Shown here: piece after piece, positions 33,126 through 42,559 of the stretch | How positions within the stretch are numbered: the stretch's first letter is position 1 | Layout of the letters: each line of letters begins with the position of its first letter | Origin: Minisyncoccota bacterium | Lineage (GTDB): Bacteria > Patescibacteriota > Minisyncoccia > Phycocordibacterales > XYD1-FULL-46-19 | Assembly (NCBI GenBank): GCA_041665625.1 | Contig: JBAYIK010000001.1 | Span: forward strand, 2,091 to 66,090 | Length of the DNA: 64,000 nt | Direction of reading: 5' to 3' | Translations under genes and position numbers: made by a program | The notes under the pieces: model-generated | Seen by the model: the letters and a program-made list of their open reading frames with translations, nothing else | The model's database searches: none | Told to the model about the DNA's origin: nothing

Positions 33126-35318
33126 TTATTTCATCCGGTGGGGATTATGATTGGGACAGGCTTTGTTAGAGCAACGTTCAGGGATAGTCTTGGTTCCTTC
33201 CATCATGAGCGATCCACACTCAGGGCAAATACGGCCGGTTGGTTTGGACTTAATGATATTCTTACATTTAGGGTAATTCGAACAGCCGTAGAAGACGCCA
33301 AAACGGCCCCTCTTTTCTACCATCGTCCCTGCCTTGCATATCGGGCATTCGACGCCGGTGTCGCCCTGTTTTTCTTGGCCTTCAATCACGGCATCTTTCT
33401 TAATGTATTTGCATTTAGGATACTTGGAGCAAGCGACAAAACGGCCAAACTTGCCATCACGCTCGATAAGATCACCGCCACAGTCTGGACACTGCTCACC
33501 AGTCAACTTTGGTCCCTCCAATTCTTTGCCTTCTATTGTTAGAGCACCATCACAATCAGGGAATTTAGAACAGCTAAAGAATTTTCCACTCTTAGCTAGT
33601 TTGATAATCATGTCCGAGCCACACTTAGGGCATTTCATATCTTTTGGAGCATCACCTAAGTTGGTTATCTTCTCGATTTTCTTTTTGCTGGCGATATCTT
33701 TAGTAAATGGACCATAGAAGTCTTTGAGAGTTTTAACATAGTCACGCTTACCAAGAGCGATATCATCTAACTCGTCTTCCATCTCGGCGGTGAAGGTGTC
33801 ACTAATATAATCAGCAAAATATTTACTTAAGAAATCGCTCACCACTTCGCCAGTATCAGTGGGCTTCAAGGCCTTGTTATCTTTAATCACATAATCACGA
33901 TCTTGGATCGTTTTAATAATAGCCGCATAAGTACTTGGGCGGCCAATACCACGTTTCTCCAACTCTTTGACCAAGCCCGCTTCGGTATAACGATGGGGAG
34001 GTTCAGTTTCTTTGCCTGTTGATTTAACTTCTAAGAGTTTAAGGTTGTCACCCTTTTCAAGTTTTGGTAAATCAATTTCTTCACCGCGTGCTTCGGGATC
34101 GGCCTTAAGCCAACCATCGAAGAGGACACGGGAACCAGAAGTTTCGAAGACGGGGATATTGTCGCCACCCGCCTCCGCCCCTGGCTTTGGCGTGGCAAAG
34201 GCCGTAATTTTTGTTCTCAAACTCTCTGAGTCAGTCATCTGGCTGGCGACGGTGCGTTGCCAGATAAGTTCATAAAGTTTTTTCTCCTGTGGACTAGTGC
34301 CAGCCGAGATAATTGTTGAGTGGGTAGGACGAATAGCTTCGTGCGCTTCTTGGGCATTCTTACTTTTAGTCTTGAATTGTTTAGGATCAGAATAATTATC
34401 GCCAAATCTTTTTTTGATGACGTTGGTAATTTCATCTACCGCTTGTTGACCAAGGGTGGTGCTGTCGGTACGCATGTAAGAGATATGCCCAGCTTCGTAG
34501 AGTTTCTGGGCGAGTCTCATGGTGATTGATGGGGCATAACCAAGACGAGAAGATGCTGCTTGCTGGAGTGTTGATGTAGTGAAAGGGGCGCGCGCCGAAC
34601 GCTTAGCTTTTGTTTCTTCAATATTCTCGACTTGCCAATCAGCTTTTTGTGAACGCTCGACAATGTCAGTAGCCTCTTTTTCTGTTTTGGGCTCAATTGA
34701 ACAGTGGAAGGGGATTTGGTTTTTCTTTTTATCTTCAAATAGAGCATCGATAACCCAATAAGCCTCAGGGACGAAGGCCCGGATTTCTTTTTCTTTCTCA
34801 ACAATTAGACGTAGGGCGGGGGACTGTACACGACCGGCGGATAAACCATAACGTACTTTCTGCCAAATAAGAGCGGAGAGATCATAACCAAAGAGACGAT
34901 CTAAGACGCGTCTTGCTTCTTGAGCGACGCGTAAATTGGTATCAATCTCTCGCGGGTGCTTCATCGCTTCTTGCACGGCTTCCTTGGTGATTTCGTGGAA
35001 GGCGATGCGCTTGGGTTTCTTAAGTTTGAGTGTTTGTTGTAAGTGCCAAGCAATAGCTTCCCCTTCGCGGTCGGGGTCAGTCGCCAGTAAAACTTCGTCA
35101 GCCTTTTTGGTCAACTTAATTAACTCAGCGATGACGTGTTCCTTACCCTTACTAATTTCATAGTGAGGAACAAAGCCTTTGGCAATATCGATAGCGTTCT
35201 TATTTGATTTTGGGAGATCACGAATATGCCCGACACTGGCGCGTACTGTGTAGGCATTATCTAAATACTTGGCAATAGTTTTGGCTTTTGCCGGTGACTC
35301 TACTATTAGAAGCTTCAT
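33126..35318 (-). CDS. topA: DNA topoisomerase I with C-terminal zinc-ribbon repeats.
   Basis: Toprim N-terminus 'MKLLIVESPAKAKTIAKYLDNAYTVRASVGHIRDLP'. Start chosen at the internal Met of ORF 33126..35399. Multiple C4 fingers at the C-terminus. Confidence 0.9.
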   Translation of the reverse strand: MKLLIVESPAKAKTIAKYLDNAYTVRASVGHIRDLPKSNKNAIDIAKGFVPHYEISKGKEHVIAELIKLTKKADEVLLATDPDREGEAIAWHLQQTLKLKKPKRIAFHEITKEAVQEAMKHPREIDTNLRVAQEARRVLDRLFGYDLSALIWQKVRYGLSAGRVQSPALRLIVEKEKEIRAFVPEAYWVIDALFEDKKKNQIPFHCSIEPKTEKEATDIVERSQKADWQVENIEETKAKRSARAPFTTSTLQQAASSRLGYAPSITMRLAQKLYEAGHISYMRTDSTTLGQQAVDEITNVIKKRFGDNYSDPKQFKTKSKNAQEAHEAIRPTHSTIISAGTSPQEKKLYELIWQRTVASQMTDSESLRTKITAFATPKPGAEAGGDNIPVFETSGSRVLFDGWLKADPEARGEEIDLPKLEKGDNLKLLEVKSTGKETEPPHRYTEAGLVKELEKRGIGRPSTYAAIIKTIQDRDYVIKDNKALKPTDTGEVVSDFLSKYFADYISDTFTAEMEDELDDIALGKRDYVKTLKDFYGPFTKDIASKKKIEKITNLGDAPKDMKCPKCGSDMIIKLAKSGKFFSCSKFPDCDGALTIEGKELEGPKLTGEQCPDCGGDLIERDGKFGRFVACSKYPKCKYIKKDAVIEGQEKQGDTGVECPICKAGTMVEKRGRFGVFYGCSNYPKCKNIIKSKPTGRICPECGSLMMEGTKTIPERCSNKACPNHNPHRMK

Positions 35319-35411
35319 GTTTATATTATTTTCTTTGTTTAGGTTAAACTTTTCCCAAACAGTGTAGCAAGTATTATCTCTTTTGTAACCTCTTGTCAAA
35401 TGGGGGTAAAT

Positions 35412-36287
35412 TTATGCCAATCTAATTTCTCCCATCGTTTCTTTGATTATTCCTTTAATTTCCATTGTCGAGAGGACGATATTGGCTTCGGCCGTAGTGA
35501 GTTCGGCGACCTCGATTAATTCATCACGGGGAAAGGAATCGGTTTCTAAGATATCAACAATTTTTTGTTCGACAGGGGAGAGATTGAGGAAGAGACGGCC
35601 TTGTTTTTCTTTCTCTTTCTCCTCGAGATTAAATCCGAGGGCCTGAAGCAAGTCCTCACTCTTGTTAATAGGCATGGCTCCTTGCCGGATTAAACCATTC
35701 GCTCCGCGTGAAGAAGGCGAGAAAATAGAGCCCGGCACCACTAAGACGTCTCTGTTATATTCCATTGCGAGACGGGCGGTGATTAGAGTTCCTGATCTTT
35801 CCCCTGCTTCTATAATAAGAGTGGCATGAGAGAGTCCCGCCATAATGCGGTTGCGGCGGGGGAAGGTGTGGAGGCCAGCGGGGCATTCGGGTTCTAGTTC
35901 GGACAATAAAGCTCCACCTCGCTCTATTATCTCATCTGCGAGCCGGTGATTGGTGAAGGGATGGAGAACCTGGCGATCAGTACCAGAACCAGGGACAGCA
36001 ATGGTCAATAAATTATTCTTAAGCGCACTCTGGTGGGCGATAGTGTCGATACCAAGAGCGAGGCCCGAGACGATGACAATCGGGTAGCCGATGAGACCAG
36101 CAATTAATTCTTCACAAGCTTCTTTGCCATAGCGCGAATATTTGCGCGAGCCGACAACGGCTAAGAATTTGTACTCATTATCCTTAGGCAACTCCCCTTC
36201 TAGATATAAAAATTCTGGCGGATCGTTAATTTCTTTAAGTAGAGCGGGGAATTGGTCAAAGTTTAATTTTTTAAATTTAGATTTCAT
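35412..36287 (-). CDS. dprA: DNA processing protein A (DprA/Smf).
   Basis: 'FLAVVGSRKYSRYGKEACEELIAGLIGYPIVIVSGLALGIDTIAHQSAL'. Start placed at internal Met MKSKFKK, because the longer ORF would overlap serS divergently. Confidence 0.8.
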   Translation of the reverse strand: MKSKFKKLNFDQFPALLKEINDPPEFLYLEGELPKDNEYKFLAVVGSRKYSRYGKEACEELIAGLIGYPIVIVSGLALGIDTIAHQSALKNNLLTIAVPGSGTDRQVLHPFTNHRLADEIIERGGALLSELEPECPAGLHTFPRRNRIMAGLSHATLIIEAGERSGTLITARLAMEYNRDVLVVPGSIFSPSSRGANGLIRQGAMPINKSEDLLQALGFNLEEKEKEKQGRLFLNLSPVEQKIVDILETDSFPRDELIEVAELTTAEANIVLSTMEIKGIIKETMGEIRLA

Positions 36288-36348
36288 ATCCACTTTGTCA
36301 TGGAGGCTGAACTTTATTTTATCAATAAATCTGTTATAATCAAAAAAT

Positions 36349-37611
36349 ATGTTAGATATCAAATTCATTCGGGAGAACAAAGATCTTATTGCTGAAGCCG
36401 CGCGCAAAAAGCGTCTCGATTTTAAAGTTGACGAGTTGCTTAAAATTGACGAGGAGCGCGTTAAGGTTGTCTCTTTTGTTGATGAACTCCGTCGCCAGCA
36501 GAATGAAGCTAGTGAAGGAATTTCTCAAGCAGAGGGAGAGATTAAGCTTAAGCTGATTGAGACAATCTCAAGTGTTAAAGGTGAATTACAGAAGAAAGAA
36601 GAAGAACTTAAAGAGATAATGAAGGCTTGGCAGGCCCAAATGCTTCTCGTCCCTAATATCCCTGACATCAGTGTTCCTGAAGGAAATGATGATTCTGATA
36701 ATCAAGAAGTCAAAGTTTGGGGGGAAAGACGCAAGTTTGATTTTGCGGCCAAAGATCATGTTGAACTAATGCTTAATCTCAAACTTGCCGATTTTGACCG
36801 GGGGACTAAGGTGGCTGGCTTCCGTGGTTATTTTTTGAAGAACGAAGGGGCTGAGCTCTCTATGGCTCTCTGGCACTACGCTATGAGCGTGGTGCGAGAA
36901 GATGGTTATACTCCGTTAATGGCGCCGATCATTGATCGGCCAGAGATGTTTATGGGCACTGGATATTTGCCTCAAGGCGAAGAAGATTTATATAAGATTC
37001 AGGATGGTGAATATTTGGCTGGTACGGCTGAAGTCCCGACTATGGGTTATTATTTTGACGAAGTAATTCCGCGCGAGCATCTGCCAATTAAATTTGTTGC
37101 CTTTTCTCCATGTTATCGTCGCGAGGCGGGTAGCCATGGTAAGGATACTAAGGGGCTTATCCGTGTTCACGAATTTTATAAGGTAGAGCAAGTGGTTTTG
37201 TGTGAAGCCAGTCATGAAGAAAGCGTGAAGTACCATGAGCAGATTCTGGCTAATGCGGAGAAAATTATGCAGGGCTTGGAGATCCCTTATCATGTTGTCG
37301 TCAATTGCACTGGCGACTTAGGTCAAGGTCAGGTCAAGAAATATGACATTGAGGCTTGGGTGCCATCAGAGAACAAATATCGTGAGACCCATTCCATTTC
37401 CTATTTCCATGATTTCCAAACTCGTCGTTCTAATATTAAGTATAAGGATGCCGAGGGCAAGATGCGCCTCGTTCACTCTTTGAACGGTACCGCTCTCGCT
37501 TCACCTCGTATCCTTGTCGCCTTGCTTGAGAATTATCAGCAAGCCGATGGCTCGATTTTGATTCCTAAAGTTTTGCAGCCTTATCTTGGTGGACGCACGG
37601 TCATTAGTTAA
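36349..37611 (+). CDS. serS: Seryl-tRNA synthetase.
   Basis: N-terminal coiled-coil 'MLDIKFIRENKDLIAEAARKK', class II core motifs, and the C-terminal 'ASPRILVALLENYQQADGSILIP'. Confidence 0.9.
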   Translation: MLDIKFIRENKDLIAEAARKKRLDFKVDELLKIDEERVKVVSFVDELRRQQNEASEGISQAEGEIKLKLIETISSVKGELQKKEEELKEIMKAWQAQMLLVPNIPDISVPEGNDDSDNQEVKVWGERRKFDFAAKDHVELMLNLKLADFDRGTKVAGFRGYFLKNEGAELSMALWHYAMSVVREDGYTPLMAPIIDRPEMFMGTGYLPQGEEDLYKIQDGEYLAGTAEVPTMGYYFDEVIPREHLPIKFVAFSPCYRREAGSHGKDTKGLIRVHEFYKVEQVVLCEASHEESVKYHEQILANAEKIMQGLEIPYHVVVNCTGDLGQGQVKKYDIEAWVPSENKYRETHSISYFHDFQTRRSNIKYKDAEGKMRLVHSLNGTALASPRILVALLENYQQADGSILIPKVLQPYLGGRTVIS

Positions 37612-37639
37612 TCCTTGTTTTCAATAGCTCAAAAATAAA

Positions 37640-38500
37640 ATGGCCTTATCCAAAGCAGAAATTTTGCAGGCTAGCCGAGAACGTGACCGGCATAAGCGGC
37701 AAGGGGCTATTTTTGTGGGTGTCGGCCTAATTATATTGATTGTCGGTCTTTTTTTGCTTCTTCTTAATCTCTCTTTTTTACGGGTTAATACTGTCAAAAT
37801 TCTTGGTCAGACAAGTGCTGACCCTGAGACGGTTAAAGCTTTTGTCGACAATCAATTGGCCGGACGTCACCTCTATCTAGTCCCCAAGAATAGCGTTTTC
37901 TTTGTTTCTAAAGGAATTCTAACTAAAGATATCTCTCGCCAATTTCCCGGTTTGGCAAAAGTTGCGATTACCTGGCCGGACCTTAACACCCTAGCCGTTC
38001 TAATTGTCGATCGCGAGTCTAAAGTACTTTGGTGTGTGGATGGTGAAAAAAACAAGAATTGTTACTATCTCTCGCCCGAAGGTCTAGCTTATCAAGAGGC
38101 TCCAAGCTTTTCTGATTCGTTATTCATTGAGCTACACAGCAAACAGCCCTTAAAAAAACTTGGTGATAAAGTTATTGAACAGAAGACGCTTCTCCGTACG
38201 ACCGCTTTCTTAAACTTTATGAAAAGTTCAATGCCTCTCTGGCCCAAGGCTAATCTCTCTCTGTCTTTTGCCGAAGTTTATGCCCAAAATGATTTTATTG
38301 CCTTTTTGTCTGATCAGACTAATCCACTTTGGCAAGCTCAAGTTCTCTTTAATATCGATCGGGGAGCCAATAATCTTATTACTGATTTCCACTCCGTGCT
38401 AAAAAACGAAAAATTCCAATCTGACTGGCAAGCGGGTGGAGGCCGTCTCGATTATCTCGACCTTCGTTTCCCCGGGAAAGTTTTTTACAGGTTTCGCTGA
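37640..38500 (+). CDS. ftsQ: Cell-division protein FtsQ/DivIB-like (single TM helix plus POTRA-like domain).
   Basis: N-terminal TM 'AIFVGVGLIILIVGLFLLLL'. 'VNTVKILGQT...LAKVAITWPDLNTLAVLIVDRESKVLWC' resembles POTRA. Confidence 0.5.
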   Translation: MALSKAEILQASRERDRHKRQGAIFVGVGLIILIVGLFLLLLNLSFLRVNTVKILGQTSADPETVKAFVDNQLAGRHLYLVPKNSVFFVSKGILTKDISRQFPGLAKVAITWPDLNTLAVLIVDRESKVLWCVDGEKNKNCYYLSPEGLAYQEAPSFSDSLFIELHSKQPLKKLGDKVIEQKTLLRTTAFLNFMKSSMPLWPKANLSLSFAEVYAQNDFIAFLSDQTNPLWQAQVLFNIDRGANNLITDFHSVLKNEKFQSDWQAGGGRLDYLDLRFPGKVFYRFR

Positions 38501-38560
38501 TTGCTATTTTATACACACCCCAAGCGGTGAAAATGTAAGAATTTATAGTATACTTTAGGT

Positions 38561-38956
38561 ATGCGCTTTCTAGCGATTATTGTTAACTATCTTATCTGGC
38601 ATTATACGCGGGCGGTTTTAGAGTTCAGCCATATTTATAAAAATATTTTGTCTTTTCTTATTAACTTCTTTTCTATTCCCGTCCTTGTTCGTTCTTATTT
38701 TGCCCCCTGGCGTCGGATGGGCGAAGATTATACTAAAGATATCTTCCACGATTTTGAGGACGTGGTGGCGGTTTTTGTTGTTAATTTCATCATGAGAATC
38801 GTTGGTGTTGTTATGCGCACCGTTATCATTATTGCGGGTCTTTTGTTTGTGATTATCGTGGCCTTGTTTTACCCCGTCCTGCTTATTGTCTGGCTATTAC
38901 TCCCCTTAATTTTGGTTGTTTTAGCAATGCTCGGCATAGGTCTGTTAGTGAAGTAG
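38561..38956 (+). CDS. Hypothetical integral membrane protein.
   Basis: Three to four hydrophobic helices. Confidence 0.45.
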   Translation: MRFLAIIVNYLIWHYTRAVLEFSHIYKNILSFLINFFSIPVLVRSYFAPWRRMGEDYTKDIFHDFEDVVAVFVVNFIMRIVGVVMRTVIIIAGLLFVIIVALFYPVLLIVWLLLPLILVVLAMLGIGLLVK

Positions 38957-38965
38957 GTTGTGGAT

Positions 38966-39077
38966 CCCGTTAGAGACCGCGATCGCTAAGAATTTAAATA
39001 TAATATGAGGACAAAATTATCAAGTAAAATAAGAAAAACAGAGAGTGGTCTATTGATCGCGATCTGTCTCTAACGGG
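38966..39077 (+). repeat. Long imperfect inverted repeat (arms CCCGTTAGAGACCGCGATCG / CGATCGCGaTCTgTCTCTAACGGG) enclosing ~70 nt and ending directly at the ATG of the Clp-like gene.
   Basis: 38966-38986 pairs with 39053-39077; the GTCTCTAACGGG 12-mer is perfect. Confidence 0.5.
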
Positions 39078-41528
39078 ATGGACATTAAACAATTATTAAG
39101 AAGTAGCCCCCTTTACCCCGTCTTAATCGTCGAGTCGATTTTTTCTTCTCGGTGGCGTAGCCGTCTTATTAATGGGAGTGCCGTTTTATTGTTGGCTTTA
39201 TTTGCCTTAGCAACCTTTTTTTCCTTCGCTAATCCTAAGATGGCCTTAATTGCTCCTAGGGTTTGGGGTTTAGTTTGTTTGGCCTTAACTTTTTATCTGA
39301 TTGCTAAGATGACCGAATGGCACTTCAATTCTTCTTATTATTTTGACAATGTGGCTCTTAATCTTTATCACCCTGGAGACCTTTTTACTTTTACAGTTGG
39401 GCGAGTCCTTCTCGCTACTCCTGGGAATGATGTCTTGGCCGGTTTTATGATTTCTTCTGTTGGCCGTCGCATTATGCATCGTTGTGGTATCTCGGACCGG
39501 GACATTGATAAGTTCTTAGAGTTAAGACCGGCTGGCCAATTCTATAAACTTCCCATTAACTCGGACCAGGTTTTGAAATTGCGTGAGTTGGGGACATTTT
39601 TGTTCCAAAATGATACTAGTTTTTCACAATTTTTGGCCGACCACAGTATCAATGAGACTAAGTTGATTGGAGCTCTCAATTGGGTTGTTCATGAGATTGA
39701 ATTCGGTGAGTATGATAAACGTTGGTGGAGCGAGACAAATTTAGCGAGATTGCCCGGTATCGCTAAGGATTGGGGTTTTGGCAATACCAGTACCCTTGAT
39801 CAATACAGCTGGGATCTTCTTTATGGATTAGAGTTTTCTTCTAACTTGTATGAATTTTCCTCGCGAGAAAATGAAATTAATCAGTTAGAAAATATTTTAT
39901 CCAAAGAAAGAGAAGCCAATGTATTTATTGTGGCTGATACGGCCAATGAACGGATGGACACCGTTTGGCACCTGGTTCGACGTATCAAAGATGGTACGGC
40001 CCCTCCAGCTTTTGAACATAAGCGACCAGTTCTCTTTAATTCAGCCGTTTTTCTATCTCGCTTTAAAGATAAGTCAGAATTAGAGACAGAACTACTAAAG
40101 ATCTTTAGGGAAGTGCGGGCGGCTGGCAACGTTATTTTTATTATCGACAACTTTTCCGCTTTGATGCACGGGTTTGAAGCTTTGCAATCAAGTTTGCTCG
40201 AATTACTCTATACCTTCTTAAATTCCAACGAGGTTCAAGTTATTGGCTTGGCAAGTAACGATGATTTTCATCGTGATCTAGAAAGTAACGCCAGCCTGAT
40301 AGCCTTGTTTGATAGAATTTTTATCAGACCTCTCCCAACAGAAAATATTATACGTAATCTTGAGCAGACAGTTTGGGCTATTGAGAGTCGCCATCGCCTA
40401 TTCTTTACTTACCCAGCTCTTTTAGCCATTGTGATGGGCGCCGACAAATATTTTGCAGTCAGTGACTCAGGGGATAAGGCCGTTGATTTATTGACGGAGA
40501 TTATTCCTTGGGCAAAGCAAAAAGGGTATAAGGTTATTGGCGAGAGAGAAGTTGAAGAACTTTTACAAGGCAAAACCGGTGTTCCAGTGGGCAAGATTAA
40601 TGAAGCTGAGAAGGAAAGCCTTTTGTCCCTTGAGAAAAACCTCGCTAAACGAGTCGTTGGTCAAAGTGAAGCAATCACTCAAGTTAGTAATGCTTTGCGT
40701 CGGGCTCGTTCAGGGATTCGTAATGAGAAGAAACCTATTGGCTCCTTCTTGTTCTTGGGTCCAACCGGTGTGGGGAAGACAGAGACAGCTAAAGCCTTAG
40801 CCGAAACAATGTTTGGTGGAGAGAGAATGCTTTTACGCCTTGATATGGCTGAGTTCCAGACAGTCGAAGGCTCGGATAACTTAATTGGTTCAGCTGGTGA
40901 TGGGCAGCCGGGTATCCTGGCTAATTTGGTGCGGGAACATCCCTACGGTGTTTTACTTCTGGATGAATTTGAGAAAGCTAATTCCGATGTCCACAATTTG
41001 TTTCTCACTATATTTGATGAAGGATATTTTTCTGATAAGAGCGGACGACAAATAAGTTTACGAAACATGATTATTATTGCTACCTCCAACGCGCGGGCCG
41101 ATACTATCTGGCAAACAGTTAAAGCCGGGAAGAAGCCAGACGCCGATACTCTTATTAACGATCTTGTGACCAGGGCCATCTTTAAGCCGGAGTTATTAAA
41201 CCGTTTTGATGCTGTGGTTATTTATCATCCACTAACCGAGGACGAACTTAAACAAATTTCTCGGCTAATGCTCGGCCGCTTATCCCTCCGGCTGGCTGAT
41301 CAAGGAGTGAGCTTAATGATCAGTGACTATCTTGTTGGGGTAGTCGCAAAGCTTGGGGCTAATGAGGTCTTTGGAGCTCGGCCAATGCAACGTTTTATCC
41401 AGGACCACATAGAACAACAAATTGCGGATGGTTTGATTAAAGGTAGTGTGAAGAGTGGCGTTGCTATTAGTTTTGAACCAAAAGAAGGAACAGAAGACCC
41501 AGAGTTAATTGTTAAAAACTCTAAATGA
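39078..41528 (+). CDS. Membrane-anchored ClpA/ClpB-family AAA+ protein: two N-terminal TM helices, Clp_N-like repeats, a degenerate D1 lacking a Walker A, and an intact AAA-2 (D2).
   Basis: D2 'VVGQSEAITQVSNALRRARSGIRNEKKPIGSFLFLGPTGVGKTETAKALAE...LLLDEFEKANSDVHNLFLTIFDEG' and 'ARPMQRFIQ' sensor-2. The D1-equivalent region has 'VADTANERMDT' instead of GxxGxGKT. Confidence 0.7.
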   Translation: MDIKQLLRSSPLYPVLIVESIFSSRWRSRLINGSAVLLLALFALATFFSFANPKMALIAPRVWGLVCLALTFYLIAKMTEWHFNSSYYFDNVALNLYHPGDLFTFTVGRVLLATPGNDVLAGFMISSVGRRIMHRCGISDRDIDKFLELRPAGQFYKLPINSDQVLKLRELGTFLFQNDTSFSQFLADHSINETKLIGALNWVVHEIEFGEYDKRWWSETNLARLPGIAKDWGFGNTSTLDQYSWDLLYGLEFSSNLYEFSSRENEINQLENILSKEREANVFIVADTANERMDTVWHLVRRIKDGTAPPAFEHKRPVLFNSAVFLSRFKDKSELETELLKIFREVRAAGNVIFIIDNFSALMHGFEALQSSLLELLYTFLNSNEVQVIGLASNDDFHRDLESNASLIALFDRIFIRPLPTENIIRNLEQTVWAIESRHRLFFTYPALLAIVMGADKYFAVSDSGDKAVDLLTEIIPWAKQKGYKVIGEREVEELLQGKTGVPVGKINEAEKESLLSLEKNLAKRVVGQSEAITQVSNALRRARSGIRNEKKPIGSFLFLGPTGVGKTETAKALAETMFGGERMLLRLDMAEFQTVEGSDNLIGSAGDGQPGILANLVREHPYGVLLLDEFEKANSDVHNLFLTIFDEGYFSDKSGRQISLRNMIIIATSNARADTIWQTVKAGKKPDADTLINDLVTRAIFKPELLNRFDAVVIYHPLTEDELKQISRLMLGRLSLRLADQGVSLMISDYLVGVVAKLGANEVFGARPMQRFIQDHIEQQIADGLIKGSVKSGVAISFEPKEGTEDPELIVKNSK

Positions 41529-42559
41529 TTAAGAACTTTTTAATTAGAAACCACCATGTGCGCTGGGGGATTATTGGCCTTATTTTTTTGGCCATCGTTT
41601 TTATTTTCTGTTTTGCTACTTGGGCCATGGCGGAGATTACTTACTATACTCTCTGGCGGGGACACTCGGTTGTTTATAGATCGGCTGATCTTGTTCCAGA
41701 TCGAGACCTTGGCCAGACGATTTCTTCTTACCTTCTCAATAAGCCAGCTGATAATTTACCCCTGTCAGCCGGAGCTTACTTGGTGAGCGATCTTAATTCA
41801 AAAGAAATTATTGTGGGAAGAAATGAAAACCAAGTTTCTCCTATTGCTTCAGTGACTAAATTGGTAACGGCAATTATTGCCGAAGATTTAATAAAGCCCG
41901 ATCAACAAATTGTTGTAACAAAAGAGGCTTGGCAAACCTACGGAGATACTGGCCAGCTTGTTGTCGGAGAAAAAATGCCTCTTAAGATGATGCTTTACCC
42001 TTTGCTTCTCACCTCGAGCAATGATGCGGCTGAAGCCATTGCCATTTCTTATGGTCGAGAAAAGTTTCTCGCCAAGATGAATGAGTTTGTTAAAAAAATT
42101 GGGATGGATCACACGAATTTTTCTGACCCCAGCGGTTTATCGCCCGATAATCTCTCGACACCAGCAGATTTGTCGAAGTTGGCTGTATATTTATATCAAA
42201 AAAAGCCTAAACTCCTAGCTATTACCAGGGAAACGTCTTATCGCTATGGGCGTCATACCTGGTCTAATTACAACAATGTTGCTCTGATGAAATATTATAT
42301 TGGTGGAAAGAATGGCTATACGACAGAGGCAAATCGAACCCTTGTCTCCCTCTTCGAAGTACCGATCAGTAGTTCTTCATCGGCAAATTCTAAAGTGGTA
42401 GAGAAGAAGAAACGTCTTCTGGCCGTTGTCTTGCTTCAAAGTGACGACAAAAAAAAGGATGCTAAGAGCTTAATAAACTATTTGGCTAGTTATGCCTCCT
42501 ATAACGGAGGGAAGAATGGTTTTGTTCAAACCTCACCTTTGGAAATAAAAAGTTTATGA
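41525..42559 (+). CDS. D-alanyl-D-alanine carboxypeptidase (peptidase S11, PBP5-like).
   Basis: 'SVTK' (SxxK), 'SSND' (SxN) and 'KNG' (KTG-like) motifs. N-terminal TM. ATGA overlap with the upstream gene. Confidence 0.75.
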   Translation: MIKNFLIRNHHVRWGIIGLIFLAIVFIFCFATWAMAEITYYTLWRGHSVVYRSADLVPDRDLGQTISSYLLNKPADNLPLSAGAYLVSDLNSKEIIVGRNENQVSPIASVTKLVTAIIAEDLIKPDQQIVVTKEAWQTYGDTGQLVVGEKMPLKMMLYPLLLTSSNDAAEAIAISYGREKFLAKMNEFVKKIGMDHTNFSDPSGLSPDNLSTPADLSKLAVYLYQKKPKLLAITRETSYRYGRHTWSNYNNVALMKYYIGGKNGYTTEANRTLVSLFEVPISSSSSANSKVVEKKKRLLAVVLLQSDDKKKDAKSLINYLASYASYNGGKNGFVQTSPLEIKSL

